From Felis catus (taxonomy: Eukaryota), in NCBI RefSeq assembly GCF_018350175.1, contig NC_058369.1:17672001-17736000 (forward strand): a DNA stretch of 64,000 bases, in the 5' to 3' direction. The position numbers and the translations under genes were made by a program. Below the pieces are notes generated by a model that worked only from the letters and a program-made list of their open reading frames with translations, was not told the origin of the DNA and did no database searches. How positions within the stretch are numbered: the stretch's first letter is position 1; the number at the start of each line of letters is the position of its first letter. Below, piece by piece: positions 51,690-64,000 of this stretch.

Positions 51690-52800
51690 CACCAGTGGTC
51701 CTGGGAGGGCGGGGAAGAGGCCGGCCGTCCCGGCTGTGGCAGCGGCGGCGGCGGCGAGGAGGGGGCGCGGAGGAGCAGCTCCACCTCCTCTGTCTCCCAA
51801 TCGCGTTACAGGCGGAGCCGCCAGAGTTTCCCTCAGTGCGGAGAAGTGTGGTCCCAACTCTCAGGACCGAAGCTGCCCACCACTCACCCGGGCTGCCCCT
51901 GCCTGGCGGCATCGGGCCCCGGGCCCCTCCCCCCCCGGGGCCTCACCGCCACCCCCGGGCCCCCGCCCCGGGCCCCGGACTCACCACCCGGCCGGGCCCC
52001 GCGGGAGGAGCGCGCCGAGGCGGGCGCCGGCCGCTGCGGGCTCGGGATCTGCGCGCGGCGGCCTCGCTGCCCCCCGCCCCCCGGAGGTGGCTCCGGCGGC
52101 GCCGCAGCTGTTACCCGGAGACCGAGGGGCGGAAAAGCGCGCCCGCTGCCCGCCCCTCCCGCCGCGGCGCTGCCACCGCCGGGAACAAAGGAGACAAAGC
52201 CGCGTCGGCCGGGCCGGGCTTCGCTCCTTCCCCCCGCGCCCGCCGGGCCGCCCTCCCCCCGCCCGCCGCCCAGGCCAGGCCGGAAGCAGCCGGGAGAGCC
52301 GGGCGCGCGGCCCCGAGCCGCCCGGGACCCCGCATTCCAGCCCTGCGGGCTCCGCACTTGCCGAGGGCGGGGGACTCGACCCCTCCCTGTGGGGGCGCTG
52401 GCTGCTGGGCGGCGGTAGCCACGGCAACGCGGGTCGCGGCCAGGCGAGCTGAGGGCGAGGAGCAGAGCCCAGAGCTCTGGCTGCCCGACCCCACCCCATC
52501 CCGCCCCTGCCGGGCCATACCTGCGCGCTGCGCAGGAACCGGAATCAAGAGTCCTCCCGGGATGGGCGGGGCCGGGGGGGGGGGGTGGTGCGCTTGGCGC
52601 CCACAGGTGTTGCAGGTACAGCGTCCGGCCTCTTCCTGCCCACCGGCGACGGGTGGGACCTGCACCCCACACCAGCCCCGCCAGCTCGCCAGCCACCACC
52701 CCTGCTCCGCAGCGTCCCGAACTCTCTCCTTCCTTTCCTGTGGTCGTCCTCCAACTTTCTTTACCTGAACTCCTCGGCGCCTGGTTTCTCACCCCCGTAC
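51690..52800 (-). promoter_or_regulatory. CpG island / PLXNB1 promoter with candidate non-coding first exon(s)
   Basis: Very high GC and CpG density with GC-box-like runs. Minus-strand donor-like sites end at 51888 (CGG|gtgagt), 51985 (GTG|gtgagt), 52521 (CAG|gtatgg) and 52765 (CAG|gtaaag). Confidence 0.85.
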
Positions 52801-54471
52801 CAGGTCCTGCCCACCGCCCCTACTCCCAGGACTCCCTAACAGCCACCCTCTCCTTCCGGCCCCCACCTCTGGCTGCGCCAGAGGAGCATAGGCTTTGGGG
52901 TTGGGCCTGGGTTTGTGCCACCACTAAGCCAAGTAACCTGAGCCCCCCATACCCCTGAACACCCCCCCACACACACACACACGCCTGTTTGCTCACCGGC
53001 AAGTGGAGATGATACCACACCTACCAGGCTGTTACAGGAGGGCACAGCGGCTGCAAAGTACACAAGCAAGGGTGCATTTCCTTCTTTTCCTCCTGGGCCT
53101 CTACCTGGACCCACCCTATGCTGAGAAGCCTTGGGCAAGTCTGGACTCCCTCACTGGCAAATACCTGGGCCTTTCTAGGGAGAAACCGCTGGGCAGGGGC
53201 CCAGTTGTGCCCTCTGCCGGGCCCTTCACACACACCCTGGCCTGCCTACTGCAAACTCAGAGGAGACAGGACACGGCCCATGCTGTTAGGACTTTGGCTC
53301 AAGGCCATTGGGATAGCCTCCTGGGAGGCAAAATTTGTCACACACACACACCCCCCACTCTGGAAGCCCCCAGAGCCTCCAAAGGCTAGGGAGAGCCTCA
53401 ACCAGAAGGTTCAGGTCATCCACACTGGCTAGTGTCCAAAGAGCCAACACCACAGACACACTCTTGCCATCTGCCACCCCTCAAGAGTCTGCCTTCACTC
53501 TCATCTACCCAACTCTGCCTTCCAACTTCTCTCACCAGCTTCTCCGATCACTCCCTTTCTTCCATCCCCTCTCCCAGCACCTGGGGCCGTGCACCAGAAT
53601 GGCACCCCACCCCCACCCCGAGTTCCTGTATCCCTGGCCTCCAGCATCACAGACCCCAGGCCCTCCATTTCATTCTCTAACCTATGCCCCACCACTCCTC
53701 CACATCCATCACCACCTCAGCCCCTTGGCTAAGGTGCTGAAAGCCCATGGCTTTCCTGCCTGTGCAGCCTATGGGGGACCCTTGCCACATACCTGGAATC
53801 CTTCCCTCATCAATTCCATTCACTCAAGTGCACACTCTTTAGGACCTACCTTACCCCAAAGGTGGACACAGGACTTCCAAACCCCATAGCACCCCTCATC
53901 TGTACACAGATATGGTACCTCCTACCCCCCATCAGGAGGGTGAACATCCCATGCACAGAGGTCGTTTCATCTCATGCCATCCTGAGGAACCATTACACAA
54001 AGGAAACAATGTCAAGAATGGAGTGACCAAATGACCAAAGGACCAGGCACTTGAGGTTCACAGAACCCAAGGGGCCACCCAGGTCATACTCACTGCCCAA
54101 ACCTGAGCACGGGCTCCAAGTACAGAGGGTACCTCCTGGGAAACCCTACTGGTTCCACAGGCCCCTGCTGAGAGGCGGCTCCACACAGGCCCAAGCAAAC
54201 CCCAGCCCACAGAAGCCCTTCCCCACAAACCCTGTATACCTCCATGTGTTCAGAAAGGAGTGGCTTTTCCAGACCTGTGGGAGTACAGAGTGCCTCCCCA
54301 CTCTTCCTATTTACTCAAGGACACACAAGGCCACCTACGGCCATTTAGCCCAGGAGATCAAAGGTTGCTGTTCTCCTCTGCAAAGGGACAGGTCAGGGGT
54401 TCTCTGGGCAGTCTGCCCCCGGGCCCCCCACTGTACCTCCCACCTCAGGGAGGCCCGTCTCCATCACAGCC

Positions 54472-54601
54472 ACTGAAAAGGCTGGTTTGGAGCCAGGCCT
54501 CGTGTCCTCAACTTATAGGATCACAAGATCTCAGGCCCCATTCAAACTCACAGGCAAAACCTAACTCTGCCTGTACCCAGGTCCCAGGCCTGCCTTGAGG
54601 T
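54472..54601 (+). repeat. 130-bp dispersed direct repeat, copy 2
   Basis: Aligns without gaps to 50994-51123 with 5 mismatches. Confidence 0.95.
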
Positions 54602-55190
54602 TCACTCTGCTGACATGCTGAGCTCTGCCCATGCTTGTACAGGCCATCTCTAGGCTGTGTATGGGAGGACACCTAGCTCTAGGGGCACACTGGACTGCCC
54701 AAAACTCTCTGCACAGGGACCCAGACTGGCTACCAATCCCTGTAATTATGTCCCCAGTAATATTTATCAACCATTCCTCCAATCCCTTTTCCCTGCTCTC
54801 TTCTGATCATCCCTGCAGCGTTAGAACCAGAAGGTTCTCCCCACCAGGGCAGAGAAAGTAATCCAGAAGCGGGGCAAGTAACCATTGTCAGCCGTGGTTG
54901 CGCAGGCTAGGTTCCACTCCCCGGAACCCCCAAGCTATCTGACATAGGAGGGTTGGGCAAGCAGACCTGGCAATCCAAAACAAAAACCCAAGCCTCAAGG
55001 GTAAGTTCATCCAACATGGTTCTGAACTGAGGACGAGACCAAGAGGAGATGAGAGAGGAACTGAAGGGGGCCGTGATTACTGTAATTCCAGGCTCAGCCC
55101 TTAAGTCCCAAATCTCAACCTTCAACAAGAAAAACTCCATCTGACGTAAGTATTACTTTAAATATTTACATAACATGAACCGAAAGACAT

Positions 55191-55196
55191 TTTATT
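55191..55196 (-). terminator. CCDC51 polyadenylation signal (AATAAA)
   Basis: Plus-strand tttatt about 200 nt past the stop, followed by AT/T-rich sequence on the minus strand. Confidence 0.8.
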
Positions 55197-55399
55197 TGGA
55201 CGTTAGTACAAAGTGTTGATAATTAACATAAATGAGCATTTTCTCAAAATCAAAGTATGCCTGCTGGTGAGCCACACAGATGGTGTTCAGCCTCAGGCTG
55301 AGGTTGTGTGCACCCAAAGGCTCACTTCATTGTTGGGATTCTCTAGCTAAATTTGTATCCACGGCTATCCCCTCAGCTCCCTGGAGGAGGCTCCCAGGG

Positions 55400-58181
55400 C
55401 TAGCTGGCCCTGAACAGCACGTAGAGCACAGGCAGAGTGGCCATAAATGTCACGCAGGTGACCAGTGTGCTGTAGATGGTGTTCCTGTTGACCTGAGCTT
55501 CAAGCTTCTTCTCCATGTCTGATAGTGCCAAGATCACGCTCCCCTGCTCCAGCAAGGAGCCAGGCAGGGCCCTGTCTGCTGGCCCCAGCAGGCCTGGATG
55601 TGCTGCAGCCTTCGCAAGCTGAACCACCTCAGCCGTTTGGCTGAAAGTCTTTTCCAAGCCATCAAGCCGCTCTCGTAAACCCTCTAAACATGAATGGACC
55701 TGCCTGGAATGGCTGAGCTGCTCTTTCAAGGCAGCTGAAAGGACATCTGTGTCTCTGTCTCGGGTGGGGGAAGTACCTGCCTGGGTCCCAGAGCTCAGCC
55801 CGGAGCCAGCTTGTACCAGGCCCCTTAGGTCCACCATGAGGTCGTGGAGGTCCCTCTGCTGGAGGGAGTAGCTGGATGCCTGTTCTCGGATGGCCTCCTG
55901 GAGGCTCACAGGCCCCTTCTGTGCCTCTAAGAGCAAGGCCTTCAGCTCCTGTAGCCGCACACGGTTCACATAGGTGGAGCCAGCCACACCAATCAAGGCC
56001 CCCAGAACTGACCCGATGAGGGACCAGTTCTTGGTCCTCTCAGCTCGAGTGCGCTCCTTCTCGTGACTTTCCCGCACAGCCGCAGAGAAGAGGGAGAACT
56101 TCTCTCGCTCAGAGTCTTCAGCACGCAGATAGGTTGCACGAAGCCTCTTCTCCTCCTGCAGAAGCAAAGCAGTGTTATACAGCAGCAATGTGGCCCCGCC
56201 ATTGGAGCTGCCAGCAGACGTCCCTGGGGCTCAGCCTCATGCCTGGCGCAGACTGCATGCTCAATAAACCCGCTGAATGAATGAAGGCAGCATAAACATG
56301 GTCAGGTGCAGGAAGCAAAGGAATTGGGGGCAGTCAAGATGAGCAATGCTACCTTCCTACCCAAGCAGTGCTGGGTCTGACCAGACACGCACTGATGACT
56401 ACAGAATGTGTCCATCAGAAGGAAGTGTCTGGCCCCCTCTAGGCCAGTCCCCTCCTCCCTGGTGCTCCCTCCTCAGCAATCTGGGATCTGGGGCCCAGAT
56501 TATACTGCCCTGGACTACTGACCCCAGTACTCCAAGAGAAAGTGGGTGGACAGGCTCTGGAAGCCTGGGGCCCAGAGCTTCTGGTTTACGTCTTCACCAG
56601 ATCTCTGACCACCAGACCAGTCAGGTTCCCACCTTGCCCCTTGATGATCTGCCAGGCTAGGGTCCCTATCCAATGAGGAAGGGCTGCCTTCTGAGTGCCT
56701 ACTTGCAGCAGCCGGTGCTCCAGCGTAGCCAGTTCTAGGTACTGGATATCCTCTCTGGAGATGCGGTCCAAGCGGTCCCTCACCTCCTTCAGCTTGGCCT
56801 GGTGAACTTCCAAGTCCTCCCGAGCCTCTCGCACAAGGCCTCGAGCCACCATGAACACTTTCTCTGCCTGCAGAGAGAACAATGGAGGCTGTCTGCCCCT
56901 TCCCTCCACACCCACACAGGCTCAGCTCTATTCCCAACAAGGCTGTGGCTGAGGTGAGTGGGGTGTCAGTGCAAAGGGTGGAAAAAAAGAGTCCTTCAGA
57001 CACAAAATCCTGGCTCGCCCAGTAGTCCTCAAAGTGCAGCCCTGGGCCACACCCATCAGAATCACTGGATTTATCCATTCAAGTGGAAATAACATGCCCC
57101 TGAGAAACTTGAAAAAAGCTAATGCTCCACACAAAACCCAGCCAATCCTAGTCGGATACAAGCTATGGAAAGGAACCTAGGTTCCTAAACTGTTGCATGC
57201 ACGCTACCTTATCTTCGCCTCTTGACGATGCCACAAGAGGTGTTGCTGTGGCCTCCATTTTACACACCCAGAAACTCCAGCTCAGCCAAGGTCATGACCT
57301 CCAAGGGGAAGAGACAGCACTGTGGCCTCAAAACCTCCCACTGAACCCCCAGGTTCTTGCCACCTCACTAGCTTGGTCTGTACTAGGCAGGAATGGGAAC
57401 AGAGACGACAGAATGCATTTCTGCTACCACCAAGGGCTTCCAGCCACAGGAAGCTCTTTCCACCTCACAGTGTGATGCTGCCTGGCCCTGGGCTTCTACC
57501 TTCACAAGGGGTGTTTTAATTATGGGGCTTTGAGGACACTTGTAACACTCTCACCAACCCTCAGTCAATGTAGGAAGGGTTCACTGGCCTAACACGATGG
57601 ATGTCAATGGCCAGGGACTCATCAGTACACAGACACCTGTTTTCGGGGTAGACGGGTACAGTTACACAGAGATCTTCACCCCCAGTACGATCGAATCCAA
57701 GTTACCATGTGAGAAATGAGTCAAATTCATCTACCAATAGTATTTGTTTAAGAAAAGGCAAATCTGGGCAAGGCTTCCCAGCACCACGTGGCTGGTAATT
57801 ATTTGGCAAGAGCCTCCCAGCCACATTTCCAAGTCAGAAGGCAGGGCCAACCACCCCGGCTTCCCTCCTCACCTCAGTCACATTTCCCTGGGCCTCTCGA
57901 ACTTCATTGAGTCCGACAAACTCTTCGTATCTTTCCCACCAAGTTGTGGCTGTGGACGATGCTCGCTGATGAATGTCGTGCCCCAGGGCTCTTCCCAGAG
58001 CTGTGAGGCGGCGGTACAGCCCAAGAGCCACCTCCTCAGGTCTTTTCTCTCTGGGCTGGCTAGGGCCTGGGCTGCAGAGAGTCCTGGCCATAAAGAGGTC
58101 CCTTCCAAGGAGGCCTCTCCACACCACACGGGGCGCACCGAGGACGTGCTGCATGGCAAACACAGTGCTGCGCCCTGTCAT
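55400..58181 (-). CDS. CCDC51: Coiled-coil domain-containing protein 51 (MITOK, mitochondrial potassium channel pore subunit), 409 aa
   Basis: Exons 58181-57873 ([12 protein letters not shown]...[12 protein letters not shown]), 56867-56703 ([10 protein letters not shown]...LEHRLLQ) and 56155-55400 ([20 protein letters not shown]...LYVLFRAS*), all phase 0, 1230 nt in total. Arg-rich N-terminus, coiled coil and two hydrophobic segments ([43 protein letters not shown]). Acceptor at 58189. Confidence 0.96.
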
Positions 58182-58547
58182 CAGGAGATCTGTAGGGGGA
58201 CGCCAGACAGATCAGCTCACAGCTGAGAAAGGCTGGGCGTAAGTCAGGTTTCAGGGCCTAGGGGCAGTTCTGAACTAATTTCCATGAAAAAGTCCAAAAA
58301 GAGCGCTGCTCTGTTGTGCCTGGAGACGGTAGCCGCTGTGGTCAGGCTTCCCCCTTGGGTGCTCCCAGATAAGAGAACACACCAGGGAAGAACACGTTTA
58401 GGAGATCATGCCTTCCATCTCCTTCCACAATGCCACCAGCACCTCCCATCCCACCCATCTTCCCCACAGCCCCCAGGTCTCCGTTGTGACTTGGATGGGA
58501 ATCCTGGTGCCCGGTTTTCTGATAACGTCGAAGAAAATTCTCAAACC

Positions 58548-58785
58548 AGGGCTGCCTGGGTAGCTTGGTCAGTTAAGTGTCCAGCTGCTGATTTTGACTC
58601 AGATCGTGATCTCACGGTTTCTGAGATCGAGGCCTGTGTTGGACTCTGTGCTGACAGTGGGGAGCCTGCTTGGGATTCTCTCTCTCCCTCTCTCTTCTGC
58701 CCCTCCTCCACTCGTTCTCTCTGTCTCCGTCTCTGTCTCTTTCTCTCTCAAGAGTAAATAAATAAACTTAAAAAAAAATTTTTTT
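58548..58785 (+). mobile_element. CanSINE in CCDC51 intron 1
   Basis: SINE body; TSD-like tcaaacc on both sides. Confidence 0.85.
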
Positions 58786-61099
58786 TTCAAACCTGAGTTG
58801 TGTCCATGCTGACAAAGCCTCACAAATCACAAAGATTCATAAAGACTCCCAGGGAAACTGGGGAACTGAGGGGATTTCAGGGAAAGAGTTCTGCAAAATA
58901 CCATCAAAATCAACTGCCCAGACTCTGAGGGCTGCCCCAGCACTGGGAAAGCAGAGTTTTGCTTATGTTCGAGGACACAAGTCATTCTGTACCAAGGCAG
59001 AAAATTCCCTCCTCAGCTCTCCTCTGAGAAGACAATTCCAGGGAAAAGGCAAAACAAAACAAAAAGCCTGGATCTCTACACAGAGGACAACTTTTCTTAG
59101 GTTCACACGAGCCCTCCTCTGCCCTCTGAGGCTTTCCAGGCTTCCAATCCCCCCCACCCCTCACATTCCTAACCTTCCACAAGCTTTCTCCCTCCTCTCC
59201 AACTTTAGTCCGGCTCTACAGGTCTGGTTTCTTCAATCTCTCCTTTTCAACCTTGCTTTGTCTGGGCCCCAACAACACCCACTTCTCTTAACCTAAACAG
59301 CAGAGGGAGGCTCCCGTTACCCAGTCAGGCTCTGCCTGAGCCCCAAAGCAGCAGGGACCCTGAGGACCCCAAGGAGGGTCAGGTGACCCCTGCTCCCAGG
59401 CAAACCTGGACCAGCACTCCTGTCCTCTGGCCAACCCTCCTTCCCCCACCAACCCCCAACCATAACACACACAAGCTCTCAAGTATTGATGCTGGCTGTC
59501 AGAGTGACACCTAGTGGCCAAACAACCAGGCCAGAGAGAAAAGCAGAGGATGCTGGGGACAGGAAGATAAATTGGAGGAGCTTGGGTGACAAAGAAAGGG
59601 GCTTCTGAATGTAAGGTGATGTGGAATAGAGACCCACTCAGAGCATCTCAGCCTCCTATCCCCTTGTGCTGTGCTTGGAGAAGCTCAGGCCCTCTAGAAA
59701 ACAAAGTTGGTTGGGTAGGGACATGCCTCCTGCCCAAAATGGGTCCGAGCTGAGAGCCACGGAAGGGACATGCCCGTAACACTGGTTCTGAGCTGGTGCT
59801 GCACCCGAACTCCTGGGCCCCATCCACAAGGCCCAAGAAAGCACACAACATCCATGACCCAGGGGTCAAGCCAGCCTCTTAGGCCTCAATGCCAGCATCC
59901 ACCACACATGAGCTGTGGCCCCATGACCAGCCTGCAGGTGTTTCCTGCATCAGAGCAAAGCAGACTCCCAGGGCTGCCAACCACAGCCCTCACTCTCCTT
60001 TGCAGCAACACTCACCAGAGAGGTGTCCACCTTGCTGTCACTACTTCCCCAGCCCCCATTCTCCCTTGATGGCACTCCACCAAGAGGCTGCTCTCCTGGA
60101 GGCCCTGCAAAACCTCCACCTTGCCAGATCCACCAGGTATTTCTCAGATTTCTTCTCCAACATCTCTGCAGCTTTCAACACCCTTGTCTTTTTGAAATCA
60201 CTACCCCTCCCCCCCCCCCCCCCCCCCGCCTCGGCTTCCTCCAACCTTCTTAGCCTCCTCTCCTGACTTCTCTACCAGCCACCCACTCTTGAACCCCAGG
60301 AAAGTCATCCATCCCTGGCAGCAATGACAGCTACAGCCTCCTGTGAAGTCCTGGCTTCCTCCCTGCCCCTCAGAGCCGTTATTCACAAGGCAACTTGAGG
60401 CTCTGTTAACTCATCATTTCACATCTCTTGTTCAAAACCCCCGACAGCTCCCATCTCACCTGCCATGAACACCAGTCCCACCAGTGGCCAACAAGCCACG
60501 GTCCTCTTGGTTGTCATCCCTTCCTCCTGTCCTCCACTCCATGCACCCGAACATGTGAAGCCTGACTCTGCTACTTTCTCCACAGAAAGGTCCAGTCAGC
60601 TGACAGGTCCAGTCAGCTCATCCTGACTTGTACATCTTGGCTCAAACACCACCTCGTGGCAAACCTTCCTTGACCATTCCCTCCTGGGCCACCTGCTTTA
60701 TGTTTCTCCATCAGACACAGATTGCCTTCTTTTCATGTTGCCAGGCCCCTCCCTAGAACATAAGCTTGGTGACAGCAGGGACTCTGCTGTGTGAGGAAAT
60801 GACTCAAGTTGTTCCTCTATTCCAGTCCCTCTTCTCAGACATCCAGCCCCCACCCCAGCCTGATTCTCAGCCCCTCCCCATGCAAATGTCCCACAAGCCC
60901 TCAGCCAGCACAGGGAAGGTGTTCCTGGCAGAGGGAAAGAGTGGAAATGCACTGGGGGTCATCTAAAACCTGAAAGGCAGCCAGTGCAGCTGGAAAATAG
61001 CAGAGGAAGGGAGAGTGGACAGAGGAGAGGCTGAAGAGGTAAACAGAGACCATATGAAGCAGGGCCTTGAGGGCCAAGTTCAGAATCTTGACCCTCCAA

Positions 61100-63640
61100 A
61101 TCCATTCTAACATTCTATCCAGATGACTGTCTCTTACCAACTGTCCATGCCTCAAACCTCCATCACCTGTACCTCTATCTCACTTGCAGCTGATGGCTTG
61201 CTTCATTTTTCACTAAGAAAATATTTAAAAATTGGAAGACAACTTCTATAAATTCCCACCATACCTTCCCACCTGTGTCTGTTCGGTTTCCACCTTCTTT
61301 CTTATTCCTTGGGATGAGGAATTCATGCTCTAGGAAGACCAAGCTGTGGCCAGGTCCCGTGTGCTCTCCCTACCTGACACTGCTCAGTAATTGATCAGAC
61401 ACCCTCCCCAGCAACAGCTCCACTTCTCTGCCCCTCTGTACAGCCAAACTCCTTGACAGGTCATCTGCACTTGCTGTCTCCAGTTCCTCTTCTCTCATTC
61501 TCTCTTAAACCCTTTCTAATCTGGCCTTCACTTCCACCATGCCACTGGAAATGCTCTTGTCCAGGTCACTTCCACATTGCTAAATCCAGCGATCAGTTCT
61601 CAGTCCTCATTTTACTTGCCCTATCAGCAACCTGTGCCTTGTGCCACTTTCCTTTCCTTGAAACGCCTTCTACACTTGGCTTCCGGTCCCCACTCATCTC
61701 CTGAACCTACCCACGTGGAGTGCTGCAAGGCAAGGTCCTCAGACTCCTCTCTCATCCAGTCCCATGGCTTTAAAAACCATCTACGGATGGGGCACCTGGG
61801 TGGCTCAGTCAGTTAAGCGTCTGACTTCAGCTTAGGTCATGATCTCATGGTTCGTGAGTTCGATCCTTGCATCGGGCTCTGTGCTGACAGCTCAGAACCT
61901 GGAGCTTGCTTTGGATTCTGTGTCTCTCTCTCTGCCCCTCCTCTGCTCTCACTCTGTCTCTGTCCCTCTCAAGAATAAACATCTAAATAAATAAATAAAT
62001 ACCATCTAGGGAAATGTTAAAAATATTAACTATAATGATGGTTGAACAACACTGTGAATATACTAAAACCACTTAAGTGTACCCATTAAATAGGTGAACT
62101 GTATTGTATGTGAATGGTATCTCAATAAAACCATTACTTTTTTTTAAAGTAATCTCTACACCCAACCTAGGGCTTGAACTCAAGAGTCACATGCTACACC
62201 AACCAAGCCAGCTAGGTGCCGCTCCTCCCACTGCTTTTTCCCCCCAAAACCATTACTTAAAAAACCAATCAACTAGGGGTGCCTGGGTGGCTCAGTTGCT
62301 TAAGCAGCCACCTCTTGGCTTTGGCTTAGGTCATGATCTCACGGTTGGTGAATTTGAGCCCCAGGTCAGGCTCTGTGTTGACTGTGTGGAGACTGCTTGG
62401 GATTCTCTTTCCCTCTCTCTCTGCCTCACTCTCTTTCTCTCTCAAAATAAATAAATAAAGTTTAAATAAGAAAAAAAAAAAAAAAACCCAATCAACTATA
62501 TTCTGACTTTTCCAGCCCAGACCTCTCCTATAGATTCCAGGCTCATTTACTGAACCACCGAATCCACAACTCAGCTTGGAAGGTTAATGAGGATCTTATC
62601 TTCCCTTCCCAACTTGCCTTTCCCATAGCCTTCTCCATCTTGGTTGATAGAAACTTCCAAATCCATGTCAGACCAAAAACCTCAAATCATCCCTGACCCC
62701 TTGCTTTCCCTCCCATCTCATACCCAATCCATCAGCAAATGCTTCTTCCTTTCTAAAACCAAAATCCCTTTTCCTCTTAGCCGCCCCCCGCCCCCCCACT
62801 GCTACCACTTGGTCCCAGTGACTAACATATTTTACTATAACATCCTTCTGACAGGTCTCCCTGCTCCTACTCTAGCCCCTACAATCTATCGTCAACAGAG
62901 CAGCCAGTAGCCTTTTCAAAACACAGGCCAGGCCATGTCTCTCTCTGCTCAAACTCTCTAATCGTTCCACATTTCTCTCAATGTAAACGCCAAATTTTCT
63001 CCATGGTCTACAGGACATCTACCTCCTGGCTCTCAGTCTTCTCTGACCTCATCTCCCACAAGAATACTTTCCTCACTCTACTCCAATCATATGGACCTTT
63101 TTTCTCCCAGCTTTATTGACATAAAAATGACATATAAATTGACATATCACTGTGTAAGTTTAAGATATACAACGTGACGATTTGATACACTTGATAGACG
63201 TATATACTGCTAAACGTATACCACAATAAGGTTAGCTAACACATCGTTGAAGTAATTACCATGCATGGACTTTCGTGATGTTGCTGCAACACACTAGACG
63301 ATCCCCGCACAAGGCCTTCACACCAGCTATCTGCCCTGCTTGCTCCCTTCTCTTTTCCAAGTCCTGCTCATATGTCATTGCCAAGGACTCCCATCCCAGC
63401 ACCCTCTACCCATTCTGTCCACCTTATTTTTCTCCAAGCATGTATCACGTGACCTGCGATATGTATTTCAATTATTTACTTTGCTTACAGGCTGTCTCAC
63501 CTCCCAGAATGTCAGCTCTGCCAGGGCTGGCATCCATTTGCTGATGGATTGGGTATGAGATGTGTTTTGTTCACTGCTGCATCCTCAGTGCCCCCATAAA
63601 ACTGTCTGCATGACACTCAACAAAAACCTATTGAATGAAT
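61100..63640 (+). mobile_element. Degenerate L2 interrupted by CanSINEs (61789-62000, 62137-62224, 62276-62485) and L1 3' fragments (about 62030-62135, 63100-63265)
   Basis: L2-typical pyrimidine-rich motifs (cacattgctaaatccagcgatcagttctcagtcctcattttacttg) and a 3' tgaatgaat end near 63632. Confidence 0.7.
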
Positions 63641-63932
63641 AAACATAATTTGCAAAAAGTTGCACCTCGGCTATATTAAAACCCAGACTCCTTCCGGTGG
63701 CCTCCAAAACCTTAGGACCGGGTGATCGATACCCGCCCATATATCTGGCACCTCTCTCGCATCTCCCTGCAGCTATGCTTACTTTCTTCGGTTCCAAGAA
63801 CGCGCTGAACTTCAAAGGCCTCTTCCCCCTACTCGCAGTGCTTTCCCCATGCACGATGCCAGACCCAGCGCCTTCCGGTTAAGCACCCCTCCTGGCTTCC
63901 GGACCCTTCCCGGGCAAGACAGGCCCTCGTAC

Positions 63933-64000
63933 CTGGCGCCCCACCGCGAGAGCTGCAACCCCAACCAAGCGCCCGCCACTCAGTAGACCTCTGATCCTTT
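63933..64000 (-). other. CCDC51: Probable CCDC51 non-coding exon 1 (3' part) at the edge of a CpG-rich promoter
   Basis: Minus-strand GGCGCCAG|gtacga donor. CpG content rises from about 63660, and the coding exon at 58189 needs an upstream exon. Confidence 0.55.

Noticed and set aside
51390..52792. Several 170-357-aa ORFs on both strands
   Set aside because: Expected stop-codon depletion in a CpG island; low-complexity P/G/A/R translations.
24836..60227. Long poly-C runs (24836-24856, about 26877-26892, about 60209-60227)
   Set aside because: Homopolymers of unreliable length; G4 potential alone is not evidence of function.
1977..62485. tRNA-like A/B-box sequences
   Set aside because: These are tRNA-derived SINE heads, not tRNA genes.

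Overview
Mammalian genomic DNA from a felid, judged from abundant tRNA-derived CanSINEs including young SINEC_Fc-type copies. The gene order is FBXW12-PLXNB1-CCDC51. I traced exons by hand from GT-AG boundaries and reading phase. The window holds: (1) the 3' six coding exons of FBXW12 (+, 3207-16269; the F-box exons lie upstream of the window); (2) a complete PLXNB1 CDS (-, 47604-27601; 36 coding exons, 6408 nt = 2135 aa plus stop) with a 53-nt 5'UTR exon and a CpG-island promoter; (3) a complete CCDC51/MITOK CDS (-, 58181-55400; 3 coding exons, 409 aa) with a probable non-coding first exon at the right edge. The left ~23 kb is AT-rich and packed with SINE, L1 and LTR relics; the PLXNB1 body is GC-rich and repeat-poor. 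I see no convincing new gene or system. The best unexplained signals are a 130-bp, 96%-identical direct repeat bracketing the PLXNB1 promoter, a spliced uORF ending 2 nt before the PLXNB1 start codon, an acceptor-like site inside the mucin-like exon, and two frame-preserving stop-free introns. Repeat family names and human comparisons are from recognition and memory, not a database search.
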